A stretch of DNA of 64,000 bases, from NCBI GenBank assembly GCA_038134595.1, contig JAYPVM010000003.1, positions 106,131 through 170,130 of the forward strand. The letters are read 5' to 3'. This document shows, in pieces, positions 18,646-29,366 of this stretch (position 1 is the stretch's first letter; each line of letters opens with the position of its first letter). The stretch comes from Pseudomonadota bacterium. Lineage in GTDB: Bacteria > Bdellovibrionota_C > UBA2361 > OMII01. Made by a program: the position numbers and the translations under genes. Under the pieces are notes generated by a model. That model had not been told where the DNA came from. It searched no databases and was given only the letters and a program-made list of their open reading frames with translations.

Positions 18646-19416
18646 TTAATAGTCTACCGAGTGTAGGCTTTCACTGATTCGAATAAGCTCCATCCACTGT
18701 TCCTTCTTTATACTGGCTCCGCCAACGAGTGCTCCACCAACGGGATCTAGTGATAATATGGCTTCAGCGTTTGAAGGATTAACGCTACCGCCATAGAGGA
18801 CAGTTGGGATAGTGGAGAATCCCGCTTCACTACAAAGTTTATGGACGAAGTCGTGAGTAGTTTTAATTTCGTCCTGTGAGGCAACGTTGCCTGTTCCGAT
18901 CGCCCATACGGGCTCGTATGCCAAGATGATTTTTGAGAAGTCTTCGTCGCTTAAATCTTCAAAAATCGGGGCTAGTTGGTGAGTCAATACCTGCTCGGTC
19001 TGATTCTCCTGACGCTCATCCTCGGTTTCGCCGATACAGATGACTGGAGTTAGATTGCAAGAAAGTGCTGCACGCATTCTCTTTGCGACGGTTTCAGAGG
19101 TCTCTCCGAAGAGAGCCCGCCGCTCTGAATGGCCCAGGATTACGAACGTTGCTCCGATATCCTTAAGCGCTTTCGGCGATGTCTCCCCCGTGAATGCGCC
19201 GGAAATTTCCCAGTGAGAGTTTTGGCCCCCAACGTCAATTGGACTACCTTTGATTGCATTGACAACTCCAGGTAGCGAAAGAAGTGATGGCGCCATCCAC
19301 ACTGATGTTCGTACCAAAGATGGGAGGCTCTGAGTGATCGAACCCGCGAAGATAGACGCCTCCGACGGCGTGAGGTTCATTTTCCAGTTTCCAATAAGTA
19401 ATGTCGGCTTCTTCAA
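18646..19416 (-). CDS. tpiA: Triosephosphate isomerase
   Basis: GNWKMN, GAFTGE, GHSERR, AYEPVWAIGTG, LYGGSV, GALVGGAS. Confidence 0.99.
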   Translation of the reverse strand: MKKPTLLIGNWKMNLTPSEASIFAGSITQSLPSLVRTSVWMAPSLLSLPGVVNAIKGSPIDVGGQNSHWEISGAFTGETSPKALKDIGATFVILGHSERRALFGETSETVAKRMRAALSCNLTPVICIGETEDERQENQTEQVLTHQLAPIFEDLSDEDFSKIILAYEPVWAIGTGNVASQDEIKTTHDFVHKLCSEAGFSTIPTVLYGGSVNPSNAEAILSLDPVGGALVGGASIKKEQWMELIRISESLHSVDY

Positions 19417-19516
19417 GAGCTATCTCCTTGAGGAATCTTGTTTTTCTTTCAAAGCGGCTTGTATTAAAGACCACAGGAAGATAAGTGCTTTGCGCCTCTC
19501 TCCCTGTGGTGCGTTT

Positions 19517-20530
19517 TTACAGTGATGAACCAACCATCTCCGCTACGTCGCACATTCGCGCAGAGAATCCCATCTCGTTATCGTACCATGCTACCACCTT
19601 AGCGAGTCGCTTCCCTACTACCATAGTGCTTAGGGAGTCGACTATTGATGAGTGGGTGTCTCCGGTGTAGTCAATCGAGACAAGCGGCTCGGTAGAGAAG
19701 CCAAGGATTCCTTTGAGGGTGTTTTCGCTCGCACTCTGAAGGGCTCGATTTAGCTCTTCAACCGTCACATCTTGTCCCAGTTCCGCAACGAAATCTACAA
19801 CAGACACATCCGGAGTAGGTACTCGAATTGCGAATCCGTCGACCTTGCCTTTCAACTCTGGGATAACTAGTCCCACAGCTTTTGCGGCTCCGGTTGTTGT
19901 CGGAATCATAGACAGATTAGCTGCCCGAGCTCTACGGAGATCTTTGTGGGGTAGATCCAAAATCTGCTGGTCGTTGGTGTACGAGTGGATAGTAGTCATC
20001 GTTCCCTTGAGAATTCCGAAGTTCTCTTCAAGTACTTTGGCCACTGGAGCAAGGCAGTTTGTAGTGCACGAGGCATTACTTATGATATTGTGTTCTGCAG
20101 GCTTGTAGTCTCCGTGGTTCACCCCAAAGGCGAGCGTTAAATCTGGGTCGGTTGCCGGGGCAGAGATGAGCACCTTTTTTGCACCCCCTTGAAGGTGTAA
20201 GGAAGCCTTCTCTTTGGAAGTAAAAATCCCGGTGCATTCTAATACGATGTCAGCTTCGAGCGTTTGCCATGGAAGTTTGGCAGGGTCTCGTTCAGCTAAG
20301 ATCTTTATCTGGTCTCCATTAACGGAGATGTATCCATCGCCAGCCTCTACAGTTCCAGGAAATCGACCGTGTACTGAGTCATATTTTAAAAGATGGGCCA
20401 ATGTTTTCGGGTCTGTGAGGTCATTAATAGCTACGACCTTCAGCGCTTTAGACTGCTTGTTTGTGTATAGTTGGCGAAGGATGTTTCGACCGATTCGTCC
20501 AAATCCATTAATCGCGAGTCCGATAGTCAT
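19517..20530 (-). CDS. gap: Glyceraldehyde-3-phosphate dehydrogenase (type I)
   Basis: [35 protein letters not shown]. Confidence 0.99.
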   Translation of the reverse strand: MTIGLAINGFGRIGRNILRQLYTNKQSKALKVVAINDLTDPKTLAHLLKYDSVHGRFPGTVEAGDGYISVNGDQIKILAERDPAKLPWQTLEADIVLECTGIFTSKEKASLHLQGGAKKVLISAPATDPDLTLAFGVNHGDYKPAEHNIISNASCTTNCLAPVAKVLEENFGILKGTMTTIHSYTNDQQILDLPHKDLRRARAANLSMIPTTTGAAKAVGLVIPELKGKVDGFAIRVPTPDVSVVDFVAELGQDVTVEELNRALQSASENTLKGILGFSTEPLVSIDYTGDTHSSIVDSLSTMVVGKRLAKVVAWYDNEMGFSARMCDVAEMVGSSL

Positions 20531-21034
20531 ATGACAACTCCTTATAGTTTTTCTTTCAGGAGCCCTTTATAGCCCTCATTGAGAAAAAAGGGAACAGTCA
20601 GCGGGAATTGTTGGGTATATCTACATGTCTGCCATTGAAAGGAGAATGGAGCGCAAGAGGTGGTTTTAAGCATGCCCTACAAGTCTTTTAGGGATGTTTT
20701 ATGGCCAACGGGGCGGTGTGGACGAGCGGGTGCCTAGGGTGAGGCCACGTGAACAGATTTTGCTGGTGGCTACAAGGACTCTGACTGGTGTCTTGCCATG
20801 GATTATGGCATAGTTACGCCTAGTAGTATGGGATAAATGTGTTTGACGCTCGTACGTGCTCTCTCTCTTTGTTTTTTGTTTAGTTTAGAGCGCCGGTGCT
20901 TGTGATTATTGCTGATGAAAGCTTGCTAATAGCTTTGAAAAGTTTGTGCTTATGGCTTTTAAGGGAAAAGCCATAAGCGATAGGAAGAGGCGGCAGGGAA
21001 AAGAGAATGCGGCGCTTGTTTGGAGGAATAAATA

Positions 21035-21739
21035 GTGGATTCGGCACCAGTAATTGAATCGGCAGGTATGTTTAGTATGATCGTAGGCTCAGGCCTGGTT
21101 GTGCAGAGCGTGTTAATCATCTTAATTGCCCTCTCGGTGGGTAGCTGGGCTATCACGATAGCAAAGGCCCTTAAATTTAGGCAGGCCAAAGCAAATTCAG
21201 ATGAGTTTGCAAAAGTTTTTTGGGATAGTCGAAATTTCACGCGAATTGATGAGTCCTCCAAGCAGCTTGAGGCGAGCCCTTTGGTTTCCGTGTTTTCTTC
21301 GGGTTACAGAGAGCTTTTGCATACCGTACAGGAGATGAAGCGCAACTCCGATTCGGGTGTGGTAGATTTGGGCGTTGAGCTGGGCACGGTTGAGCGAGCG
21401 TTGAGGCGCGCTGAGCTAGAGGAGACGCACCGTTTAGAGCGAGGGGTCACATTTCTAGCAAGTGTAGCTAGCGCGGCTCCGTTTATTGGTCTTTTCGGTA
21501 CGGTGTGGGGCATCATGAACGCCTTTCATGGACTCAGTCAAGCGAAGAGCTCCACCATCCAAGCGGTCGCTCCGGGTATTTCGGAGGCATTAGTCGCCAC
21601 TGCAGTTGGCTTGGCTGCGGCGATTCCGGCTGCCATTGCATTTAATTACTTTACGGCATCGATTAAAAAATTTAGGCAGCTAATGGATGGATTTTCAGAG
21701 GAGTTTTTGAATATCGCCAGGCGGTATTTCGTTAAATAG
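21035..21739 (+). CDS. tolQ: Tol-Pal protein TolQ
   Basis: APFIGLFGTVWGIM, VAPGISEALVATA.GL.AAIPA; first gene of tol cluster. Confidence 0.95.
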   Translation: MDSAPVIESAGMFSMIVGSGLVVQSVLIILIALSVGSWAITIAKALKFRQAKANSDEFAKVFWDSRNFTRIDESSKQLEASPLVSVFSSGYRELLHTVQEMKRNSDSGVVDLGVELGTVERALRRAELEETHRLERGVTFLASVASAAPFIGLFGTVWGIMNAFHGLSQAKSSTIQAVAPGISEALVATAVGLAAAIPAAIAFNYFTASIKKFRQLMDGFSEEFLNIARRYFVK

Positions 21740-21754
21740 AGGGTAGGAGGAGCT

Positions 21755-22183
21755 ATGGCGGGTAACTTCGGTGGAGATGATACTGGGCCAATGGCCGCTA
21801 TTAACGTAACGCCACTTGTAGATGTTATGTTAGTTTTGCTGGTCATCTTTATGGTCACTGCCCCGATGCTACAGCAGGGGGTAGAGGTAGATCTTCCAAA
21901 AGCTTCCACAGGGCCTTTACGGGGCTCGCAGGAGCAGATTGTCATATCTATCGATAAGGCTGGTAGTGTCTTTGTGGGCTCTGGGAATCAGGTTGCGATT
22001 GACGCTCTTGCGCCCAAGGTAAAAGCTATATTTGCAAACAGGCCCTCCGAAGAGCGAAAGGTATATATTAAAGGTGATTCTGAGTTGGGATACGGGCGTA
22101 TAATGGAAGTTATGGGAGCCCTTCATGCTGGGGGAATAACGCAGATTGGATTAGTTTCAGCGTCACCTGATGGAAAGCGTTAG
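21755..22183 (+). CDS. tolR: Tol-Pal protein TolR
   Basis: INVTPLVDVMLVLLVIFMVTAP, VDLPKA, IKGD...YG. Confidence 0.95.
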   Translation: MAGNFGGDDTGPMAAINVTPLVDVMLVLLVIFMVTAPMLQQGVEVDLPKASTGPLRGSQEQIVISIDKAGSVFVGSGNQVAIDALAPKVKAIFANRPSEERKVYIKGDSELGYGRIMEVMGALHAGGITQIGLVSASPDGKR

Positions 22184-22194
22184 GGTTTTAGGTT

Positions 22195-23052
22195 GTGCGA
22201 TCGGTGATGGTACGTGCACGTAGAGACGACTATTGGAACACAGGCCTGTGGCTTTCGGTGCTTGGCCATGTGCTGGTTCTTATTGTAGTAGTACTGAGAG
22301 TGTTTCCTAATTTCGGAAGAGTGCCGCCACCTGTAGTTTATTCGATTTCGCTCGAGAGTGGGAAGTCTTTGGGTGGAAGAAGTCAAATCCCGAAAGATAA
22401 AAAAAAGTCCACATTGGCCCCGGTTAAAAAAGCCTCTGAGAAGCAGGCGGTGGTAAGAGCAGACAAAAATAAATCTTCCGTCAAAGAGCAGACTCCTAAG
22501 CAGGTTGCTCCACCAAAGAAGAAGGTCTCTCAAAAAAAGGAGTCGGTCAAAAAGGTTTCGGCGACAAAGGCCACGAAGAAGGTCGTTTCGAAAGAGAAGG
22601 TGAGTAAGAAGGCTCCACAGAAGAAAGTTTCAAAGCCTCAAGTAGAGGATGTCGATAAACGCCTCCAGTCAGCTCTCCAGCGCTATTTGGGAGAGTCCTC
22701 GCAAGGTGGCGGTAAGGGGTTTGGTGCGGCTAAAGTTGGTGGTAAAGGGATGGGAGGCGGGCTGGTGCGTCCACCAGAGTTCTTCGTCTATGAAAAAATT
22801 GTTCGGGGCAGAATAAAGGATGCTTGGAGGTGGTATAATGGCAATGCTACGTTGATTACTGTAATAGCATTTCATATTGAGCCTGATGGTATGATTAAAA
22901 ACGTACGGTTGGTTAAGAGCTCTGGCGATGATAGTTTTGATGAATCCGTTTTAAGAGCGGCGAGTAAAGCCAGCCCTTTGCCAGCGCCTCCTACGAGTGT
23001 ATACGAGCAATACTTTAAAGAGGTTAGGATTACATTTGATCCGAGAGATTAA
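22195..23052 (+). CDS. tolA: TolA/TonB-family energy transducer
   Basis: N-terminal TM with S...H (SVLGH), Lys-rich linker, TonB_C-like KSSGD..FDESVLRA...PLP; lies between tolR and tolB. Confidence 0.88.
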   Translation: MRSVMVRARRDDYWNTGLWLSVLGHVLVLIVVVLRVFPNFGRVPPPVVYSISLESGKSLGGRSQIPKDKKKSTLAPVKKASEKQAVVRADKNKSSVKEQTPKQVAPPKKKVSQKKESVKKVSATKATKKVVSKEKVSKKAPQKKVSKPQVEDVDKRLQSALQRYLGESSQGGGKGFGAAKVGGKGMGGGLVRPPEFFVYEKIVRGRIKDAWRWYNGNATLITVIAFHIEPDGMIKNVRLVKSSGDDSFDESVLRAASKASPLPAPPTSVYEQYFKEVRITFDPRD

Positions 23053-23082
23053 CTATAAACTGATAAGAAAAGGAGCGGGATT

Positions 23083-24390
23083 ATGAGAAACGGATGGCGA
23101 CGTTGGATAGGCGCATTCTGTCTGGCAATTCTTCTCCATACAGTTACTGATGCCCGGGGGCAAACGGATTTATATGTTCGTGGAGCCGGTAGATTAATTC
23201 CCCTAGCGGTACAGACGCTTTGTATTGATGGCGTAGACACTGGACCCGAAACGCGAGTACCAACTACTGTTAGTAAAGACTTGGATGTATCGGGATATTT
23301 TGAATTGTTGAGCTCTAAGAGTTTTATCGAAGGTGTTTCTAAGTGTCGTTCGGATGCCACTACCTATTCGGATTGGAGTGTGTTGGGTGTTGAGGGGGTA
23401 ATTAAGGGGCATGTCAGTGGTGAGCGAGGTAACCTCCAAGTCCAACTGTTTTTGCATGATGTTCAAAAACAAATGGTTGTACTTGCCAAGCAATACCAGG
23501 GCAGTTGGGCACAACTGCAAGATATGGGGCATCGATTTGCCAATGAAGTAGTGAGATTTTATACCGGATTGCCGGGGGTTTTTGGTACAAAGATTGCGTT
23601 CTCTTCTCGAGTTGGCCGATTTAAGGAGCTTTTTGTCATGGGGATGGATGGCTCTGGCCTTAAGCAACTGACCAATGATAGAGGGCTTGCGTTGTCGCCA
23701 GCTTGGAATCCAGCAGGTGATCAGATTGTGTTCACATCATATCGAAACCGAGTGCCAGATCTGTTCTTGTACGATCTTTCGAGTGGAAGGATTAGCCGTC
23801 TGACAAAAAGCAAGGAGTTGGAGGTTGGAGCGCACTTTTTGAATGCAAATCAGGTCGTATATTCTCGAGCGGAGGGTGCCGACAGCGATATTGTAGTCAT
23901 GAATCTTGACGGGAGTGGACTTAGGCGCCTAACCCCTAAAAACAGGGCAATTGATGTTTCCCCGGTTCCGACATTGGATGGCTCCAGAATAGCATTCTGT
24001 TCTAATCGGGGTGGGAGTCCACAGATCTATGTGATGGATGCTGATGGTTCGAATGTTCGTAGGGTTAGTTTTGGCGCATCATCCTATTGTACCTCTCCTG
24101 CGTGGTCACCGGACGGAAATAAGATAGCGTTTGTTTGTCGTGCCGATCGTGGTTTTAACATATTTGTCAGCAATTCTGACGGCTCTCAACCGGTGCAACT
24201 GACAAGTTACGGCGATAACGAGGATCCTGAGTTCTCCCCTGATGGTAGGTATCTTACATTCGCAACTACACAGTTCGGCGGGGGATTTAGCTTGGCCATA
24301 ATGCAGGTCGACGGGACGAGCGTTAGGCGAATCAGTAGCAGTCGGGGTGGGGATTTTGAACCTACATGGTCCTCATCAGCGGGCGGATAA
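23083..24390 (+). CDS. tolB: Tol-Pal periplasmic protein TolB
   Basis: Signal peptide; DL.VSG.F; HRFANEV...TG.PG.F.TKIAF; PD40 repeats (PAWSPDG, PEFSPDG). Confidence 0.96.
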   Translation: MRNGWRRWIGAFCLAILLHTVTDARGQTDLYVRGAGRLIPLAVQTLCIDGVDTGPETRVPTTVSKDLDVSGYFELLSSKSFIEGVSKCRSDATTYSDWSVLGVEGVIKGHVSGERGNLQVQLFLHDVQKQMVVLAKQYQGSWAQLQDMGHRFANEVVRFYTGLPGVFGTKIAFSSRVGRFKELFVMGMDGSGLKQLTNDRGLALSPAWNPAGDQIVFTSYRNRVPDLFLYDLSSGRISRLTKSKELEVGAHFLNANQVVYSRAEGADSDIVVMNLDGSGLRRLTPKNRAIDVSPVPTLDGSRIAFCSNRGGSPQIYVMDADGSNVRRVSFGASSYCTSPAWSPDGNKIAFVCRADRGFNIFVSNSDGSQPVQLTSYGDNEDPEFSPDGRYLTFATTQFGGGFSLAIMQVDGTSVRRISSSRGGDFEPTWSSSAGG

Positions 24391-24839
24391 CTCAGCACAG
24401 GTTGGAACAATTTATGTGCCTGGAAAGCGTACTATTTGGGCATAATCATGCCGTTGTTGTTTAAATGCACGATAACCTGTTGCAATAATAACGATTGTCG
24501 GGTATCTGATCACTTGTCGGAAAAACGACAATAGTGGGAAAGATTATTGGTTTCACGGCAAAGCAAAATTGTTAAGCCATTTGTGAGCGGAGCTATTTTG
24601 ATAGTGCGTGAAAAGCTTGTCAGAAAGACCTAAATAAGGTGTATCGAGAGGCAGGGCTGTGGTTAGTGGTTTATGTCATGGAGCGTGAACCAGCAGAGCC
24701 GTGTCTTTCGGGCCATTTTAGTAACGTTAGACTGAGTTTTGCGAAAAAGACACCACTTCAAGTTGGTGTCGAACGCAGAAGCGCTTACCGGTAGTTTTCT
24801 TTATGCTGTTGTGATCATTTCAGGAGGAAGGATTAACCT

Positions 24840-25274
24840 ATGCGAAGTTTAAAAACGATTGCAGTTTGTGTTTTAGCGATTGTTGCGACTGGTTGTTCGT
24901 GCAGAACATCTACGAGCGGCAATATTGGTACGGCCTCATCGGATGGGCCACTGACAGATGTTCATTTTGCCTTTGATTCATATAAGCTTGATGCATCTGC
25001 AAAGGCTACTTTGAAAGCTAATGCTGAGTGGCTGGAAGAGAATGATGGCCACTCTGTGCAAGTCGAAGGGCACTGTGACGAGCGTGGTACAAATGAGTAC
25101 AACATGGTTCTTGGTGAAAATCGAGCAAGAGCCGCCGCTGATTATCTACGGTCACTAGGTGTTGACTCTGAGTCTATCAGTACCGTTAGCTACGGGGAGG
25201 AGTTGCCTCTCGATCCAGCTCATAACGTTGAGGCGTGGGCTAAAAATCGAAGAGCTCACTTCAAGGTTCAGTAG
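24840..25274 (+). CDS. pal: Peptidoglycan-associated lipoprotein Pal
   Basis: Lipobox ATG-C; VHFAFDS, VEGHCDERGTNEYNMVLGENRA, VSYGEE, AWAKNRRA; RBS AGGAGG. Confidence 0.97.
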   Translation: MRSLKTIAVCVLAIVATGCSCRTSTSGNIGTASSDGPLTDVHFAFDSYKLDASAKATLKANAEWLEENDGHSVQVEGHCDERGTNEYNMVLGENRARAAADYLRSLGVDSESISTVSYGEELPLDPAHNVEAWAKNRRAHFKVQ

Positions 25275-25320
25275 TAGGGTGATATTGTTGCAATAAGCTT
25301 ATTGTAACACACTCTATGTA

Positions 25321-25368
25321 AGACCAGCAGGCCAGCTAGCTTAGCTAAGGCCTGCTGGTCTTTTTTTT
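25321..25368 (+). terminator. Rho-independent terminator after pal
   Basis: AGACCAGCAGGCC...GGCCTGCTGGTCT 13-bp stem followed by a T-run. Confidence 0.9.
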
Positions 25369-25757
25369 ATTCTATAGTAATCATCTCTATGGCGCGCAAC
25401 TTCTTGGCTTGATTGATATGTATGCGACCCTCAGATTTATCTGATATGATTTTGCAGCACACCTGCGGCAAAGGTCTAAGGATTCGGATTGAGGCGTTAG
25501 GCAAGGTAATTATCTTGAGCGCCTCTTTATACACATGGCTGGATATTGCTTAGCCCGTACGTGCCGCTCAGTGATGCTGTTTTGGGGATATGATTTGGTC
25601 TTGGTTTCCCCGTAGTTTGCCAATCGTATTATTACTAACGGTGTGGGATTTCTGCATGGCCACAATTAATGTAAGCTAGCAAGAGAGTAGATGGCACAAT
25701 AAAGGACCGCAGAAATCTTGAGAAAATAGATCGGAAGTATAAGTGGAGAGATTTAGT

Positions 25758-26468
25758 ATGAGACTACTTGTCGCTATGAGTGTTGCTTTTTTAATGAGCG
25801 GATGCTCGGTTTATGATATGGGAAAACGGGTTTCGAGAAATAACCGCGCCATTCGAGACCTGCGTGCTCTCCAAGCAGAGCAGACCGAAGCTATTGCATC
25901 GCTCGATGGCCAAATTAAACTTGTTCTAGGCCGCATGGAGGAGCTGGAATTCTCACATGCAAAAAAAATGGGTACTGATTTATCGACGTTAAAAGAGGAC
26001 TTAACAGCTCTCAGAAAACGCTTGCCGCCGCCAAAGCTTGTCCCTCTTGCGGAGTTAGAGGCGGACCAGGGATGGGCTATTACCAATCTTCCTGAAGAGC
26101 AGGGGCAGATATTTTTGGATGCGCTGGGATTTCTGAATGAGGGTAAATTTTCAGAGGCATTTCCTCTTCTTGAGACCGTTCGTAATCAGTTGGATTCCTC
26201 AGATAAAAATGGACCTGTATTATACTGGTTGGGAGTAGCAAGTGATGGTTTGTCGGACAAGAAATCTGCCTTATTGGCATACTCACAGTGCTCTGAAAAG
26301 TATCCAAAAAACCATCGGGCTCCTGGATCCTTGCTACGTCAAGCCGAGGTGTTCGTTAGACTCCAAGATAGAAAGACCGCAGAACTAAGTCTAAAAAAGC
26401 TTGTTAAAGATTATCCTAAGGCAAGTGAGGCTCGAGTAGCTCGGGAACGACTAAAACAATTACGCTAG
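25758..26468 (+). CDS. cpoB: Tol-Pal-associated TPR protein CpoB/YbgF (lipoprotein form)
   Basis: ATG 25758 after GGAG; lipobox MSG-C; coiled coil then TPRs (YWLG, KYPK, LVKDYPK.SEA); follows pal. Confidence 0.85.
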   Translation: MRLLVAMSVAFLMSGCSVYDMGKRVSRNNRAIRDLRALQAEQTEAIASLDGQIKLVLGRMEELEFSHAKKMGTDLSTLKEDLTALRKRLPPPKLVPLAELEADQGWAITNLPEEQGQIFLDALGFLNEGKFSEAFPLLETVRNQLDSSDKNGPVLYWLGVASDGLSDKKSALLAYSQCSEKYPKNHRAPGSLLRQAEVFVRLQDRKTAELSLKKLVKDYPKASEARVARERLKQLR

Positions 26469-26530
26469 TTGAGAGACATGGGTGGGTATTATTAACAATG
26501 GTGTTTGATCCTACCTTGTAAAGCTTTAGC

Positions 26531-27469
26531 ATGAATAGAATCCCGCGAGCATCTATACTTCGGTTCCCCCAGCCTCTTCCACAGGACTGTCGAGGGGGAG
26601 TTGCAACGCTTGGGAATTTCGACGGCGTCCATATCGGCCATGCACGAGTAGTCGATAAGGTGCTAGCAATTGCACAGAAAAGGCCTGCTACAGTAGTTTC
26701 GTTCTATCCCCATCCAATGAACGTCCTAAGGGGTGGGTCAACTATTCGGTACGTTACAAGCATTAGAGAAAAAGCGGAGTTGCTGGGAGGTCTTGGAATC
26801 TCTACTGTGTATTTTGTCCATTTCACCAACAAGCTAGCGCAGCTCACCGCTGATGAGTTCATTAAAGAAGTTTTCGTCGACGCTCTAGGAATTCAAGACC
26901 TTGTGGTCGGTGAGGATGTCGCAATAGGGCATGAGAAAAAAGGAAATCTTGAATATCTCATCACAAGACTACCTGCTTTCGGTATACGATTGCATGTTGT
27001 AGAGAGATTAGATATCGGAGGTCAGAAGGCCGGCTCTCGTCGCATTCGAGAGCTAGTTGAGGAAGGCTCGGTAGAGGATGTGATACCTTTGTTGCAACAT
27101 CCGTTTACAATTTCTGCTCGGGTTGGTCACGGGGATAAGCGTGGCTCGCAGCTAGGATTTCCTACGGCCAACATTGCGGTCGGGAATCGGTTAATTCCTC
27201 CGCGAGGCGTCTATGCGTGTCGAGTCGAGGTGGAGGGATGCTATTACGATGCTGTTGCTAATATTGGGATACGTCCGACCTTTAGCGGAACTGAAGAGCG
27301 ATTGGAGGTTCACATACTTGATTTTCCACGGAGGAGTCTTTACGGACGTCGCATCCATGTCGGCTTTGTAAGCCGTCTTAGGGATGAAAAAGAGTTTCAT
27401 GGTATTGACCTCTTGGTTCAACAGATACACACCGATATTCAGGATGCACGTGCGCGCTTAAAGCAATGA
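26531..27469 (+). CDS. ribF: Bifunctional riboflavin kinase/FAD synthetase
   Basis: LGNFDGVHIGH, SFYPHP, GDKRG..LGFPTAN, GVY, NIGIRPTF, EVHILDF. Confidence 0.97.
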   Translation: MNRIPRASILRFPQPLPQDCRGGVATLGNFDGVHIGHARVVDKVLAIAQKRPATVVSFYPHPMNVLRGGSTIRYVTSIREKAELLGGLGISTVYFVHFTNKLAQLTADEFIKEVFVDALGIQDLVVGEDVAIGHEKKGNLEYLITRLPAFGIRLHVVERLDIGGQKAGSRRIRELVEEGSVEDVIPLLQHPFTISARVGHGDKRGSQLGFPTANIAVGNRLIPPRGVYACRVEVEGCYYDAVANIGIRPTFSGTEERLEVHILDFPRRSLYGRRIHVGFVSRLRDEKEFHGIDLLVQQIHTDIQDARARLKQ

Positions 27470-28437
27470 ACGATAACAAAAGAACATTTGAATATCAGGG
27501 CGAAGAGAAGCGGATAGATAGAGTGCTTGCGGACGAGCTAGGAGAAAGTGTAGGAAGTCGAACCCAAATAGCCCGATGGATAAGTAATCGACTGGTGTCC
27601 GTGGATGGGAATCTCGTGTTAAAGCCCTCGCAGAAAATCAGTGAGGGCGCGATCGTAGTAATTGCAATGCCTAAGCCATCTCCGACGGAAATGGTTCCAT
27701 ATGAATACTCCCTGTCGGTTCTATATGAAGATGAGGACGTCCTTGTTTTGGATAAGCCATCGGGGCTCTCTATGCATCCAGGAGCTGGGAATCACTCGCA
27801 AACTCTTGCAAACGCTGTGGTAGCCCACGTTGGCTTAAGTCAATTGTCGGTGGGACAAATCGACCGACCAGGGATTGTTCATCGGTTGGACAAAGACACG
27901 ACCGGTGTGGTTGTTGTCGCAAAATCGAATATTGTCCATGCGCATCTTGCGCGGCAGTTTGCAGAGCGCTCAATAGATCGGCGATACAAGGCCTTAGTGT
28001 ATACTACGCCGAGGGCCAAACGAATTGTGCAAATGAATGATTCAGGCGAGGTTGTTGGGGCTATCGGTCGCCATCCGGTGCGAAGAAAACATATGGCGAT
28101 TGTGGCCAAAGGCAAGCCAGCGGTGACTCGATGGTGTGTTCAAGAGCGCTATCACTACGGCTGTTTATTGGAGTGTCGATTAGAGACAGGACGAACACAT
28201 CAAATCCGAGTGCATATGGAATCTATTCGATGCCCAGTAATTGGAGACAGGATGTATGGTGATTTTAGTAATCTTCCCGTGCCGCTTAAGGAAGTTGCGG
28301 ATCGCTTCGGTCGCCAAGCATTGCATGCGGCATCTCTGTCTTTTACACATCCTATCTCCAAGGAGCGTTTGAGTTTTGAATCTGCCTTGCCAACTGATTT
28401 TGCGGACATGCTCTGTGTATTTCGAGAGTATCTCTAG
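27466..28437 (+). CDS. rluD: RluA-family pseudouridine synthase with S4 domain (RluD-like)
   Basis: DKPSGL.MHPG, RPGIVHRLDKDTTG, LETGRTHQIRVH, RQALHA; followed by pgeF as in the known rluD-yfiH arrangement. Confidence 0.93.
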   Translation: MNDNKRTFEYQGEEKRIDRVLADELGESVGSRTQIARWISNRLVSVDGNLVLKPSQKISEGAIVVIAMPKPSPTEMVPYEYSLSVLYEDEDVLVLDKPSGLSMHPGAGNHSQTLANAVVAHVGLSQLSVGQIDRPGIVHRLDKDTTGVVVVAKSNIVHAHLARQFAERSIDRRYKALVYTTPRAKRIVQMNDSGEVVGAIGRHPVRRKHMAIVAKGKPAVTRWCVQERYHYGCLLECRLETGRTHQIRVHMESIRCPVIGDRMYGDFSNLPVPLKEVADRFGRQALHAASLSFTHPISKERLSFESALPTDFADMLCVFREYL

Positions 28438-28465
28438 CTGTATGTTTTGAAAGGAGAAGAGCGCT

Positions 28466-29191
28466 GTGAGTGAGAAGTTCTGTGTAATAGTGCAGAATTC
28501 GGTTTCTCTCTTGGTTTATCGGCCATGGTGGAGCGAAGGTGTTGTTCACGGTATGACTCTGCGGCCGCTATCATTCGCCTCGGAGTCGCGAGTAAGCTCT
28601 GCGCGGCAATTGTCGATCGCTTTTTCGGTAAATGAAATTCTCATTCCGCAACAATCTCATTCTTCGGAATTAATTGATCTTAGAGAAGAGCGTCCGGAGA
28701 TATTTGGAACTCTGATGGAGAGTAGGCAGGCAGACGCTGTTGTTATTAAACGCCGGGAACTTTGCTCGAAAGCGTTCGGGATTATTACAGCTGACTGCGT
28801 TCCACTTATTGTCCGGAGTGGGAGTTCTTTTGCGCTTATTCACGCGGGCTGGCGAGGTTTAGCAAACGGCATTATTGCGAAAGTACTAGATTCTATCCCT
28901 GCTCCTGACGAGGTTGTGATATTTCCATCGGCGGGCAGCAGCGGCGCGTATGAGGTGGGAAGAGAAGTAATAGAGGCGATAGGTGACAGTGCAGTTTGTC
29001 GAAAGCAGAGAGCCGGCGAAGAAAAATATTGGCTTGACACTGCGAGTTCGGCAGCCAGGCAGGTGAAATCTGTTTGCTCTACAGTCCCCATTTCAGAGGC
29101 GAGCATGTGCACTATAGAGGACACGCGCTTTCATTCATTTCGACGTGACGGCTCAGAAGCAGGAAGGAATTTGACTTTCATGAAGCTATAA
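28466..29191 (+). CDS. pgeF: PgeF/YfiH-family (polyphenol oxidase-like) protein
   Basis: Q.HS, ADAV, TADCVP, IHAGWRG, YEVG.EV, CT.ED..FHSFRR...GRN. Confidence 0.92.
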   Translation: MSEKFCVIVQNSVSLLVYRPWWSEGVVHGMTLRPLSFASESRVSSARQLSIAFSVNEILIPQQSHSSELIDLREERPEIFGTLMESRQADAVVIKRRELCSKAFGIITADCVPLIVRSGSSFALIHAGWRGLANGIIAKVLDSIPAPDEVVIFPSAGSSGAYEVGREVIEAIGDSAVCRKQRAGEEKYWLDTASSAARQVKSVCSTVPISEASMCTIEDTRFHSFRRDGSEAGRNLTFMKL

Positions 29192-29366
29192 TTTCGACAG
29201 GTAGGTGGCATGCGTTTTCCTATGGGGATATTGAGGTGCCGGAAATTGTCGAGGTGCCTTGGGTCTGGCTCTATAAAACATTCCGAGGGTTGTAATTATG
29301 TGGTATCATTCTCGTGCGAACTACGATAGTTACGGATGTAATACGCTATAGGAATAGGGAGATTGT

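Noticed and set aside
20531..21034. Several short hairpins in the gap/tolQ divergent region
   Set aside because: Stems of 5-8 bp without nesting; consistent with a normal divergent promoter region
22380..22650. Lys-rich KKVS repeats in tolA
   Set aside because: Ordinary low-complexity TolA linker; not nucleotide-perfect repeats
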